A DNA stretch of 64,000 nucleotides from NCBI GenBank assembly GCA_000004695.1, contig CM000152.2, positions 2,880,001 through 2,944,000 on the forward strand, given 5' to 3'. Origin of the DNA: Dictyostelium discoideum. Lineage: Eukaryota. The stretch's first letter is position 1, and every line of letters starts with the position of its first letter. Under the pieces are notes generated by a model. It ran no database searches. It saw nothing but the letters and a program-made list of their open reading frames with translations, and was not told the DNA's origin. This document shows, in pieces, positions 1 through 15,044 of the stretch. Position numbers and translations under genes: made by a program.

Positions 1-511
1 AAAAAAAAAAGAATATTATTATACAATAATCAATCAATAAATTATGATGGTAGTTTTGATGCAAATGCAACAACAGAATTTAAAAAGAAATATTATAAAA
101 TAGCATTTATTGGTTGTTGTTGTTTTTTGACACGTTCAATTATAACAACAATTACAGTTTTTAAATTAATTGATCCATTTGGTATAAAAGATATTATATA
201 TTATCCAGTTTTAGAAATTATTCCAATTTTATTACTTTTAAATATTACAAATGGACTTCATAAGTATGCTGGAACTTTAGGTGAAATTAATGAAGAAACT
301 GGACTTTTGAAAAACAAATTATAATTGAATAAAAATAAAATAAAAATAATTATCATTATTATTATTATTATAAATTTTAAAAAATTATATTAAATGTATA
401 TATATATTTAGAATTTCCAGATTTATTTTTAGTTTTTTCATTTCACTTTTTAATTTTTTTTTTTTTTTTTTTTTTTTATTTTTTTTAATCCGTTAAAAAA
501 AAAAAAAAAAC

Positions 512-548
<37 letters not shown>

Positions 549-771
549 TATTTCACTTGTTGGTAACATACCACTGACAAATTAAATTAATTTTTTATTT
601 TTATTTTGACCATTGCTCTTTTTTTATATGAATGATTTTCTCTTTAAATAATAAATAATAAATAATAAATAATAAATAATAAATAATTATTAAAAATAAC
701 AACATATATATGATTCATAGATCAAATTAAAAATAAAAAAAAAAAAATATAAAATATAAAACAAATTTGGA

Positions 772-1316
772 ATGAATGGTAACAGTAAAGTCCATACAGA
801 AGAAAATAAAAACGAACATCAACAAGAAGGGAAAGGAGGAGAACAAGAACAAGAACAAATAAATAAACATATAAATAAAGATACAATCAATAATAATAAT
901 AATAATAATAATAGTATGTCAATGGAAATGGATATAAACTCAGTTAGTGTAAACTCACTCTCTGAACCAACACCTAACGAACAACAAAATAACAATAATA
1001 ATAATAATAGTAATGGTAATGGTAATGGTAATGATGAAACTACATCTTCAAAAACAACAACGATAATTAATAGTAATCCTTTAGATACAGATACAATAAT
1101 GCATTTAAATAATAATGATAGTAGTAATAATACTACTACTACTACTATCCCACGACAATCATCCTCTTCAATACAAAATGGTATTCATAAAGAAGAGAAT
1201 ATAAATCAATTAACAGAAATACAACTACAACCATCACTACAAATAATGGACAAAGAACAACAAATGAATGGTATTGAGGAAAGTACTACTATAGCAACTC
1301 AAACTACATTACCAAC

Positions 1317-1384
<68 letters not shown>

Positions 1385-1629
1385 TATTGGAAAAAGAAAG
1401 TAATGGTGTACAAGAGATTGAAGATTCACCAAATCATCTTTCACTAAAAAGAAAACTTATGATTTTAGAGGAAATGGGTTTGATTTCTGATGATAATAAT
1501 AAAAATAATAATAATAATAGTATAGATATACCCAATAGTAATCGATTAAATCAAATACCTTCTTCTTATAAAACTTCACTCTATATTTGTTTATATCCAA
1601 TAGGATATGCCATTGATAATATATATAAA
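772..1629 (+). CDS. Q/N-rich low-complexity protein, exon 1 of 3 (ATG at 772)
   Basis: ATG-initiated ORF rich in AAT/CAA codons. Reading frame continues across the GTAAAT donor at 1630 into the next exon. The ORF tail after 1629 reads as AT-rich non-coding. Confidence 0.5.
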
Positions 1630-1758
1630 GTAAATATATATATAATATACATTATAGTAATTCATTTCTATTTATATACACCATAGTATCTCATTCCTTT
1701 TATTATTAACACATAATTCTATTTATTCACTTCCCCACCCGCTTCGAATAATAATTAG

Positions 1759-1878
1759 GACAAAATATTTACATATAACGATAAAATTTCAAAAGATTTT
1801 CTAAATTCAATCTCTCAAGGAAAACTAACACCATATATAATTAATATTTTAGATCAATTAAGTGAACAAAATGATCAA

Positions 1879-1962
<84 letters not shown>

Positions 1963-2256
1963 ACAAATAATATATATCAAAATTCAAATGAAATAACCTA
2001 TTATAATGGTTGTATTGTAGTTAATATTAAAGATTATAGAGGATTCGCAGAGAATGAACAAATAGCAAAAACCTTTAATAGTAAAAATATGAAACCCTAT
2101 CCAATCACTGTACCAATTGGTACATTTAAAGAATTTATAGAAAAAAGAATCATTTTAAAACCAACTATGGAATCATTACTTTTTGATATTAAAAAGAATT
2201 GTTCAACTTTAAATAATGATAATAAAAATAATAATATCAATAATATCAATAATATC

Positions 2257-2308
<52 letters not shown>

Positions 2309-2549
2309 TTAATATTAATAATAATAATAATATAAATAATTATTTGAATATTAAAGAATCAGAAATTGTTAATGAAGAATATTTATTAAATTTTGAAAAA
2401 TGTCTTTTACATGCAATTACACCTCAATTAGAATTGAGTGTAAACCCTAATTGTTTTTTTGATCAATTAGAAACTAAACAAAAGCAATTATATAATCAAT
2501 CACATTCTTTATTTTCATATAAAAGGTTTAAACCTTCTGATTTTATTGG
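1759..2549 (+). CDS. Q/N-rich protein, exon 2 (contains pure (CAA)n poly-Q and poly-N)
   Basis: AG acceptor at 1757-1758 immediately after an in-frame TAG. Coding resumes in the same frame (DKIFTYNDKISKDFLNS...) and flows into the 2089..2616 ORF. Donor GTATGT at 2550. Confidence 0.5.
1880..1962 (+). repeat. perfect (CAA)n trinucleotide repeat, coding poly-Gln
   Basis: About 27 uninterrupted CAA units. Confidence 0.9.
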
Positions 2550-2633
2550 GTATGTTAAATTTTATTATTATTATTATTATTATTTAAATCCAATACAAAA
2601 TAAAATAATTTACTAATAATTTTATTAAATCAG

Positions 2634-5193
<2,560 letters not shown>

Positions 5194-5885
5194 ATTTTTT
5201 AGCTTTTATTTTTTTTTTTTTTTTCACTTTTCCAAGGTTTATTTAATTTCTTTTTTTAAAATATTTTTTTTTTTTTTTTTAATAGGTCTATTTCCCTAAA
5301 TAAAAAGGCAGAAAAAAAAAAAATCCAATTATATATCTTAATTTATTATTATTATTATTATTATTATTTTTTTTTTTTTTTTTTTTTTTAATAATATCCC
5401 AATATTTTTTTTTTTATTTATTTTTATTTTTATTTTTTTTTTTTTTGGTCAAAAAGATATTATCAAAAATAAATTCAAGATCTTGATTGGATTTTTATTT
5501 TTTTATTTTTTATTTTATTTTTTTTTATTATTTTTTCTTTTTTTTTTTTTTTTACGAAAATAATCGAAAAGTGAGTGATGAATTAAAAAAAAAAATAAAA
5601 TAAAATAAAAATAAATGAATGTTAAAACAATTAGTTAATTTTAAAAAATTAAAAAAAATTAAAAAAAAAAAAAAAAAGATATATAATTTCAATATGTTGC
5701 TAAAAATTAAAAAAAAAAATAAAAAAAATAAAAAATCCAAATGGAAAGTGGATCTACGGTTTATTTCATTTCCAAAGTACTTATCTCTCTTGAAAATCAG
5801 TTGGAACGTTCGCTCTTTGATTTTTTTTTTTTTTTTCGGTTTTTTTATTTTCAAACCTAAATAAATTTATAAAATTTTTTTTTTT

Positions 5886-5923
<38 letters not shown>

Positions 5924-6544
5924 TTTCGTTTTTTTATTTTTTTTTATTTTTTTTTATTTTTTTTTATTTTTTTTTTATTTTTTTTTTGCAACTTTGGCAT
6001 TTATCTTTCTGTCTTTTTTTTTATCTTTATATCTTTTTTTTTATTTTTTTAAAAAAAAATTTTATTTAAATTAAATTTTTAATCCAAATTAATTTTTTTT
6101 AAAATTTAAAAAATAAAAAAAAAAAAAATCATAAACTTAAAAAGTAGTAGTTCTTGTAACACCCATATAATATACCAATACATATAAATTAAAAAAAAAA
6201 AATTAAAAAAAATAAGAAAATAAATAAAAAAAAATAATAATAAATTAATAAATAAAAAAATAAAAAAAAAAAGTTAAATTTGCATTATTTATAAAATAAT
6301 CAAAAAGGTCTTTTCTACAAAACCAAACCTTTTTTTAAATAGCGCCTTTCAAATAAAATATTTATTCATTTTTACCACACAACAAAAAACAACCACACAT
6401 ATATATTTTTTTTTTTTTTTTTCAAAAACGGTAAAATTTTTTTTTTATTTATATTTTCAACTTTAATATATTTTTTTTAAATTAATTAATTAAAAAAACG
6501 TTAGTAAGTAGATTTAATATATCTATTTTTTATAATAATAATAT

Positions 6545-6607
6545 AACAATAACAATAACAATAACAATAACAATAACAATAACAATAACAATAATAATAA
6601 TAATAAT
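6545..6607. repeat. (AACAAT)n hexanucleotide microsatellite followed by (ATA)n
   Basis: aacaataacaataacaat... direct tandem repeat in an intergenic AT desert. Confidence 0.85.
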
Positions 6608-6852
6608 ATACTTTTTTTATTTGTTTTTTTTTTTTGTTTTGTTTATTTCTGGTCTTTTTTTTTTCAAATTTTTTTTTTTTCAAATTTTTTTTTTCAAATT
6701 TTTTTTTTTTGTTTTTTTTTTGACGATTCATATCTATTTTCCATCGAAATTAATCTAACTTTTAAAATTCATATTTCTTTTTTTTTTTTTTTTTTTTTAA
6801 TTGGATTGATAAAAAAAAAAATAAAATTAAAAAAAAAAAAAAAAAAAAAGAA

Positions 6853-8403
6853 ATGAATCAATTTAAATTAGTAAATTCTATAATTAAAGAAACTTTAACA
6901 AAGAGTAGTAATTCAGTATTATTAAAATCAAGTCAAAAGAATTGTAAAGTCTCAAGTGGAACTATTAATAATAACATTTTTAGAAATTCAAAATTTACAA
7001 CTTCCAATTTAACATTAACAACATCAACAACTTTAAATACAAAAAATTCAATTTTTAACTTTGAACAAAACAAAAAAACTTTAGGTTGTCTTTTATTTAC
7101 TACAACTTTTTTATTTAATTCAACAACAACAAATAACGATAGTATTAAAACTTTTTGTACCAATACTACAACTACTACAACAACAACAACAACAAATAAT
7201 AATAATAATAATAGTAATATAAATATAATGATTGATACAATGACTATAAATGATGCTAGTGCTGCTTCAACCTCTTCTACAGTTGCTGAAGATTGTCTAA
7301 GTACTACTATTGATGCTACAGCCACTATTACAGATACAACAACTAATCATAAAACATATGTAGATGAAGCAATGCAAGATAGAGAAATGAGAGATCAAAA
7401 TAATAATAGCAATGATGATAGTACAGATGAAATTAATAATATAGATAAAAATAAAAGTAATAATATAGATAAAGAAGAACAAGAGCAAGAAGAAGAAGAA
7501 GAAGAAGATAATACAAATACAAATATAACATCAGATGATGATGAAACAAATCAAATAATAAATAATATAAATAATATAAATAACTATAATAGTGAAGAGT
7601 GTATAGGTGGTGAAGGTAATTTTCATTTAAATTCTGGAGTTTGTGTTATTCCACATCCAAATAAAAGACATAAAGGAGGTGAAGATGCATATTTTATTAG
7701 TATAGATCAAAATGTAATTGGTGTTGCAGATGGTGTTGGTGGATGGGGTGATGTCGGTATTGATCCATCAGAATATTCAAATACATTAATGAAAGGTTCA
7801 AAGATTGGCGCCGACTCACAAAAAGTTGAACGTGATCCACTCATTATCATGGAACAAGGCTACCAATACGCCCAAGACGTCAAGGGTAGTAGCACATGTT
7901 GTATAGTGGTTTTATCAGCCACCAATAATATATTATCAGCAAATCTTGGTGATAGTGGCTTTTTAGTGATTAGAAATAATGAGGTTATCTTTAGAACTCG
8001 TGAACAACAACACGCTTTCAATATGCCATTCCAATTGGGTACTCAATCAATTGATCGTCCAATTCACTCTATAACCGCAAGTTTCCCAGCTGAGAAAGGT
8101 GATTTAATTATAATGGGTACTGATGGTGTTTTCGATAATCTCTTTGATGATGAAATCTTGGAAATCGGTGAAAAATATGATGACCCACAAATCATAGCAC
8201 GTCAAGTCGCTAAAAGAGCTTTCGAAGTTGGTTGTTCAACAACTATCTATACTCCTTTCGCTAAAAATGCTGGTCACAATGGTTACATTTATAATGGTGG
8301 TAAATTAGATGATATCACTGTAGTTGTAGGTTTGGTTGATGATGGTCCACTTAGACCAGTTAAACCAGATTTATTATTATTAGATGAAGAAGTTGCTCAA
8401 TAA
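6853..8403 (+). CDS. PP2C-family protein phosphatase, PPTC7/Ptc7-like, with N/T-rich N-terminal extension
   Basis: Single 516-aa ORF from ATG 6853. C-terminal 270 aa carry PTC7-type PP2C motifs GGEDAYF, DGVGGW, LGDSGF, MGTDGVFDN, LDDITVVV. No intron is needed. Confidence 0.8.
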   Translation: MNQFKLVNSIIKETLTKSSNSVLLKSSQKNCKVSSGTINNNIFRNSKFTTSNLTLTTSTTLNTKNSIFNFEQNKKTLGCLLFTTTFLFNSTTTNNDSIKTFCTNTTTTTTTTTTNNNNNNSNINIMIDTMTINDASAASTSSTVAEDCLSTTIDATATITDTTTNHKTYVDEAMQDREMRDQNNNSNDDSTDEINNIDKNKSNNIDKEEQEQEEEEEEDNTNTNITSDDDETNQIINNINNINNYNSEECIGGEGNFHLNSGVCVIPHPNKRHKGGEDAYFISIDQNVIGVADGVGGWGDVGIDPSEYSNTLMKGSKIGADSQKVERDPLIIMEQGYQYAQDVKGSSTCCIVVLSATNNILSANLGDSGFLVIRNNEVIFRTREQQHAFNMPFQLGTQSIDRPIHSITASFPAEKGDLIIMGTDGVFDNLFDDEILEIGEKYDDPQIIARQVAKRAFEVGCSTTIYTPFAKNAGHNGYIYNGGKLDDITVVVGLVDDGPLRPVKPDLLLLDEEVAQ

Positions 8404-8444
8404 ATTTAATTTTAATCATCATTTTTATATATTACTTTACGAAA

Positions 8445-8481
<37 letters not shown>

Positions 8482-9025
8482 AAAAAAAAAAAAAAAACCA
8501 TCAAAGAAATTTACAAAACTATATATAGGTTTTTTTTTTTCTTTTTTTTTTTATTTAAACCTTAAAAAAAAAAAAAAAAAAAATTAAAAAGAAAATAAAA
8601 AAAAAATAAAAAAAATAAAAAAATAAAAAAAAATTAATTAATTTAAAATAAGAAAAAAAAAATTAAAAAACTTTTTTTTGTTAATTATCTTTTTTTATTT
8701 TTTTTTTTTTTTATTATTTTTTTTTATTTATCTTTATCTTTTTTTTTTTTTTTTCAAAAAAAAATAAAATATTGACCAGTTTGTAAAATAAAATAAAATA
8801 AAATAAAATATGGGCAAAAAAAAAAAAAAACAGGGTAACACAGAAATGTTTTGGTTTTTTTTTTTTTTTTTTTTCACATCAAAAATAAAATAACTGTATA
8901 AATAAAATTAAACAAATTCTAAATAAAGTTTTACTTTTTTTTTTTATTAATTTTTAAAATTTTTTTTTATTTTTTATTTTTTTAGTTTTTTAAAATCGAA
9001 TTTACAAAAATTTGGATTATTATTA

Positions 9026-9897
9026 TTATTTTTCAACCAATTCTTTCCATTGATTTGATTCATCATCAAATTCAAAATGATGATCAATTGAAGAACCAAG
9101 TAATAATAAAATTGAATCATCAATATTTAATACACTTGCTAATGAAACCAATTGATAATTTTCTTTTTTATTCATATAATCATCAGCTTCATCACCTGCG
9201 AAAATTCTCCAACCAGAATCATTTGGAAAGGTTCCATTCTCTCTAAAGATGTAACCAATGTGTTCTTTATCAACCAAAATACGATTACTAACCAAACATA
9301 ATTGATCAAATAATTGTTTGATTGAACCTGGTACACAATCTAAATCTGGATGATATAATTGATTTGGTTGATTATAAATCGAGAGGATATTATAATCAAA
9401 AAATTCGATTCTATCACCCAATTTCAATGATTTCAATTGATATGGATTATTATCCAATAATCCAGTGAATTTAATTGAATTATAACTAAACTCATCCATA
9501 TTATTATTACTACTATTTGGACTTCTAAGACCACCACCACTTCCATTATTTGATTGACTATTTACAAGTTTATTCTTTTCATCTTTATGAATATTTTTAG
9601 ATGAAGATGAAGATGATGAACCATTTTCATTTTCTTCATCACCATTATTATTATTATTATTATTATTACTTCCATGGAAAATTTCAATACCTTGTTTTAA
9701 TGATTGACCACAACTATTACTACTGGCAATATCATTGTTTGAATCATAAAGACATAGATCAATAATCTCAACAAACATTCTCTCTGCTTGATTACCTTCA
9801 CTAAAAATTAATTTAACTAAATCACCTTGTTTTAAATTTAATATTTGTTCTCTACTTGGTAAAGAGAATGTATATTTAAATTCATTTCCTCTTGTTA
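9026..9897 (-). CDS. uncharacterised conserved protein, exon 2 (contains GWRIFAGDEADDY motif)
   Basis: AG acceptor at 9899-9898 after an A-rich 170-bp intron. Frame joins VTRGNEFKYTFSLPSREQILNLKQGDLVKLIFSEGNQAER to the 9026..9778 ORF. Stop at 9026. Confidence 0.5.
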
Positions 9898-9973
9898 CTT
9901 TTTTTTTTTTTTTTTTTAAATAAAAATGGAATGGGAAAAAAAGAAAGGAATAAAAAAAAAAAAAATTGGAAAG

Positions 9974-10006
<33 letters not shown>

Positions 10007-10067
10007 AAAAATTTAAATTAGTATTTTTATTTATTTTTTAAAAAATAAATATAAAAATTATACATAC

Positions 10068-10227
10068 CAACATTATCAATTGTGTAACCAATTTGTTGTT
10101 GTTGATTATTACTACCATTACTACTGCCACTATTGATAGAATTTGAGCTTGAGTTTAAATTCAATTTCTTTAATTCATTGATATTGATACCACTATTACT
10201 ATTACGCAAATTAACAGCACTATTCAT
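10068..10227 (-). CDS. uncharacterised conserved protein, exon 1
   Basis: ATG at 10227. Coding runs to a GTATGT donor (minus strand) at 10067-10062, phase 1. Confidence 0.5.
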
Positions 10228-10465
10228 TGTTGGTGGCGAGGTAGTGGTTCACTTAATTTTTTCTATTATAAAATGATGTTTTTTTAATTTACTTTTTTTA
10301 TTTATATTTTTAGGGAAAATGATATTATTATACAACAGTTTTGTTTATTCTTTAAAATAATAATTTTTTTTATTATTTATGAAATTTTTTAATGAGTTTT
10401 TTTTTTTTTTTTTTTTCTCTTTTAAGATATTTATTTTTTTATTTTAATTTTTATTTTAATTTTTT

Positions 10466-10500
<35 letters not shown>

Positions 10501-10770
10501 CCTTATTTATTTATTTTATTTATTTATTTAAAGGGGTATTATTATATTATATATTATTATTTATTTGTTGGTTAATTATTATAAAAATGAAATTTAAAAA
10601 AAAAAAAAAAAAAAATTTTGGGTTTTTTTTCGTGTATTATTTTTTTTTATTTTTAATTTTTTTATTTTTATTTTTATTTTATTTTATTTTTTTTTTTTTG
10701 TAATTTAATTTATTTTAATATTTTTTTTTTTTCAGTTTTTTTCAGATAATATTTGATATTTTATTATAAA

Positions 10771-10816
10771 ATTGACATGTGTCATGTGTGATTTATGTAG
10801 ATTCACATGTCAAATT
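10771..10816. promoter_or_regulatory. inverted repeat ATTGACATGTG ... CACATGTCAAAT in the divergent promoter between the 10227(-) and 11601(+) genes
   Basis: Arms of 11-13 bp with a 23-bp spacer. GC-containing in an AT-rich spacer. Confidence 0.35.
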
Positions 10817-10911
10817 TTTTTTTTAGTAGATTAACCCATTATCCTATCCTATTGTTACTTTTTTTTTTTTTTTTTTTTTTATTATCAATTTAAAATTTCG
10901 TCGAATTTGAA

Positions 10912-10942
<31 letters not shown>

Positions 10943-11025
10943 CATCATTTTTAAATTTAAAATTATTATTAGGTAAACAAATATTAAAATATACCTCAAT
11001 TGTCAAAGAAATTTTTAAATAGGGG

Positions 11026-11069
<44 letters not shown>

Positions 11070-11600
11070 AAACCTTAATTGATGGGTAAAAAAGAAATAT
11101 TATATCAAACACTATGAATAAATATTCAATTTTAACACATCAAATGAGTTTTAATAACCAAAACAAAAAAAAAAAAAATAAAAAAAAAAAATCATTCTTT
11201 TTTTAATATTTTATTTTATTCTTAATTTTTAAAATAGGTTGAGTTATTTTTAAAATTGAATTGTTTAAAAAAAAGGGGTTAAAAAATTATAAAATTGGAT
11301 TCATTGTATCTCCCATTGTTTTATATTGCCTTCAAACTTTTTTATTTTTTTATTTTTTTTTTTTTAATTAATTTTTTTTTAATTTTTTTTATTTTTTTTA
11401 TTTTTTTTATTTTCCTCCTTTTTTTATAATTTTTTTTTTTTTTTTTTTATAATTTATTTTTCTTTTTCTCACATTAAATATCTCCTTTTAAAAATAATTA
11501 ATTTTGGGATAGTATAATTTTTATTATTATTTTTAATTTTATCATTGCCATTACCCATATAATATTATTTTGACTGGTTATACTATCATATAAAAAAAAA

Positions 11601-11892
11601 ATGTATAATAATAGTAATAGTAATAATAATAACGGTAGTAGAAAAAGATCAAGCCCACCATTATATATAAATAATAATAATAGTGGCAATTATATATCAC
11701 CACCCTCTCCATTATCGCCAAAACAAACCAATAATTTTCTTTTTAATAATGGTGGTTTTAATTCATTTGAAAATCCTCAACAACAATCTCCTCCACAACA
11801 ACAACAACTTTTATTTACATCACCAATACCAACTAGACCACAAAATCTATATCAATACATCGATGAAAATGAATTAAATACAGGTTATAATA

Positions 11893-11970
<78 letters not shown>

Positions 11971-12905
11971 GTAATAATAATAATAATAGTAATAATAATA
12001 ATAACAACAAAATGATAACTACAACCACTACTACAACCACAAAATCAAATAATGACTATAAGAAGAAAATAAAAAAACAAATTAATTTTAAATTGGATAA
12101 TTTACATGAAAGCAGTGAAGAGGAAGAAGAGGAACAACAAGAAGAAGAGGAAGAAGAAGAAGAAAAAGAAGAACTAAATTATATTAATAATAATAATAAT
12201 AAAAATGATGATGACAATAATAGTCAAGATGAAGATAAAGAAGAAGATAAATACCATGAAACTAATACAGATTTTGGATTATTAAGTGTTGCATCAAAAG
12301 AGGATTTAATGATTTGTTTAAATGTTTTAAAAAAAGAAATGGGTCAATTTAAAAATTTATCTCAAAATTTATTATCAAGATTACAAATATTAGAGAATGG
12401 TATTGGTCAAGAGAAAATGATAAGATTATTAAATAATAATAATAATTATAATATGAATGGTAGTAGTGATAGTAGTGATAGTAGTAATAGTAGTGGCCAT
12501 AGTAGAAATAATTCTGATGAAAATATGATCGATTGTTATTATGTCACTAGAAATAATAATAATAATAATACCAATTCATTATTAATACCACCAGCACCAC
12601 CACAATTACAACAACAACAACAACAACAACAATTTTATAGTCAAGATGCAGTTATGATTTCAACATACCTTTTAGAAGTTCAAAAGATTGTTGAAAAACA
12701 AAGACAATATGATAGTTTATTAGCACAAAGAGAAAAGTATTGGGATATTGAATTAAATAAAATTACAATGGCAATTTTAAATAAACTTGGTCCAAATCCA
12801 TCAACAACTGTTGATTTACTAAATTTACCAATGAATAATATGAACATTAATAAAAATAATAATAGTAATAATAATAATAATAATAATAATCATAATTATA
12901 ATAAA

Positions 12906-12937
<32 letters not shown>

Positions 12938-14057
12938 TTTTTCAAATTTTAATAATGATGATTGCTTTTATAATAGTAATAATAGTTGTAATAGTGAAGA
13001 TTTTGATTCATTTACAGCATTAAATAATATAAATAATAGTATTATAAGGAATCAAAGTAGTAATAGTTTAAATTTAAAGGATGATTCAGAGGAAACAAAT
13101 TTCAATAGTTTAAAATCTAAAACAAATAATATCTTTAAAAGATTTTATATTTATTTATTTGGAACTAAAAAAACAATTACATTTTGGAAAAAAGTTGCAA
13201 TCATTGCTATCATTGTAATAGTATGGCCTTTAATTGCAAATTTAACTTATAAATTTATTGTTTATTTAATAAATAAAAGAAGATTAGCTAAAACTCAACC
13301 ATTTATAATTGGAAATAATAATACTAGTAATTATAATAGTTCAACTGCAATTGGTAAAAGTTTAAAACCAATTAAATCTTCAATTTTAGTACCTTCATCT
13401 TCATCATTACCATCTTCATCTTCTTCATCATCATCCACTTCTTCGTCATCCAATTTATTATTACCTTCATCAATTAATAATGGCACTAATGCATTTAAAA
13501 AGATTAAATCGTCATTAATGAAAAAGAATTCCGATATAAGTAGTGGTGTTGGTAATGTTGTTAGCAGTGTTGCAAGTAATGTTGTTGGTGGTAGTGGTTC
13601 AGGGGTTGGTGCACCTGATTTTGTAAAAGCATTTATCCAAGGTGTTAGTACTGGTGATGGTGGTTCAAATGATAATTTAACAAATAATGCATTATCATCA
13701 ATTACAAATACATTTGGAAATTTAAATACAGTTGCAAACTCTTCAATTGCACCATCTATTGGTTCAGGTTTAATTGGATCTTCTATTTCTCCATCCTCTT
13801 CATCCTCCTCTTCATCATCTGCTAATACAGCATCAAATATAATTAATAATTTTACACCATCAGCTTTAAGTCAACTTAATTTACCTGGTAGTTCATCATC
13901 ATCATCATCTTTTAGTAATCCTGTTTCTTCAATTGCTAATAATTTTATGTCTGATTCAAATAGATCACCATCATCATCCTCATCATCATCCTCAAGTACA
14001 AGTGATTCAGAGAATGGAATGTTAAAATTAGTTAGAAATTTATTAACTCATAGATAA
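11601..14057 (+). CDS. Asn/Ser-rich protein with a predicted transmembrane segment (WKKVAIIAIIVIVWPLIANLTYKFIVYLI), function unknown
   Basis: Single 818-aa ORF from ATG 11601. Acidic block, poly-N, and a Ser-rich C-terminus. No recognisable catalytic domain. Confidence 0.5.
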
Positions 14058-14239
14058 ATAATAATATTAATAATAATTAATAATAATTAATAATAATTAA
14101 TAATAAAAACAATTCGAGTCATATTTATGATATTGGATATAGTAATAATATTTGCTTTATCATATCATAAATTTATATTTTATTTAAATAATTATTATTG
14201 GTTTTAATAAATTATTTGCATTTGTATTTTTTATTTTTT

Positions 14240-14608
14240 TTATTTATTGGGAGTATTGGTGGTGGTGGTTGTGGTATTATTTAATACAGAATTTGAAGAT
14301 GAGTTTACACTATTACTATTACTATTATTATTGCTATTATTATTATTATTATTATTTTCATTATTTTGATTTGATAATTCAGTAGAGATCGATAACTTAT
14401 CAGTTGAATTAGAAACACTATTTTCATTACTATTATTATTTGTAAAGCTCGAGTTTTCAAACTCTTCCAATTCTTCTTCCAACATTTTTTGTTGTTCAAT
14501 GAACCATGTTGGTAATTTATTTGGAAATGTTACTAAATCAACATCAAAGAGTTCAATAAATTGTTCATTCACATATCTTGTATTACTTTGACCACTAAAT
14601 GCTTTATA
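14240..14608 (-). CDS. Siw14-like, exon 3 (YKAFSG...RYVNEQFIELFD... then N/S-rich tail)
   Basis: AG acceptor at 14610-14609. In frame with the 14240..14572 ORF. Stop at 14240. Confidence 0.6.
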   Translation of the reverse strand, partial: YKAFSGQSNTRYVNEQFIELFDVDLVTFPNKLPTWFIEQQKMLEEELEEFENSSFTNNNSNENSVSNSTDKLSISTELSNQNNENNNNNNNSNNNSNSNSVNSSSNSVLNNTTTTTTNTPNK

Positions 14609-14746
14609 CTTAAATTAATTGAAATTAATATTTATAATTTTAAATAAAATTTATATATCATATATAGCTTAATAATAATAATAATAATAATATTAAATGG
14701 AATATAAAAAAAAAAAAAAAAAAAAAAAAGTAAATAATAAATTTAC

Positions 14747-14953
14747 CTCGACTAAAATTGAAGTAAGATTCCAATTTTGTAATCTTCTTAAACAACCAAC
14801 TAATACACCAGTTTGATGAACACCTGATGTACACGTTATCATAAGTGGATAATAATCATAATTTAAAACAATTTCTAAACATTCTTTAATGAGTTCATCT
14901 GTTAATGGTTTCCATGATATGTCAACTTTCCATGATTTTAATCCTAAATGAAT
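14747..14953 (-). CDS. Siw14-like, exon 2 (P-loop region: MITCTSGVHQTGVLVGCLRRL)
   Basis: AG acceptor at 14955-14954, phase 0. The family HCxRGKHRTG P-loop is replaced here by TCTSGVHQTG. GTAAAT donor at 14746. Confidence 0.65.
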
Positions 14954-15044
14954 CTAGTAATAATAATAAAAATAAAAATTATTAATAACATTTTAAATAA
15001 AATCAATTAAATAAATAAAAAAATAAAAATAAAAATAAACATAC

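Noticed and set aside
127-324. 65-aa ORF at the window start
   Set aside because: Hydrophobic, no homology. It sits in an AT-rich region with no splice or start context. It could be part of a gene extending left of the window, but I cannot support it.
6501-6731. Minus-strand ORF rich in K and (YC)n
   Set aside because: It is a translation of the (AACAAT)n microsatellite and flanking A-runs, not a gene.
9055-9246. Plus-strand 63-aa ORF
   Set aside because: Antisense inside exon 2 of the minus-strand gene 9026..9897.
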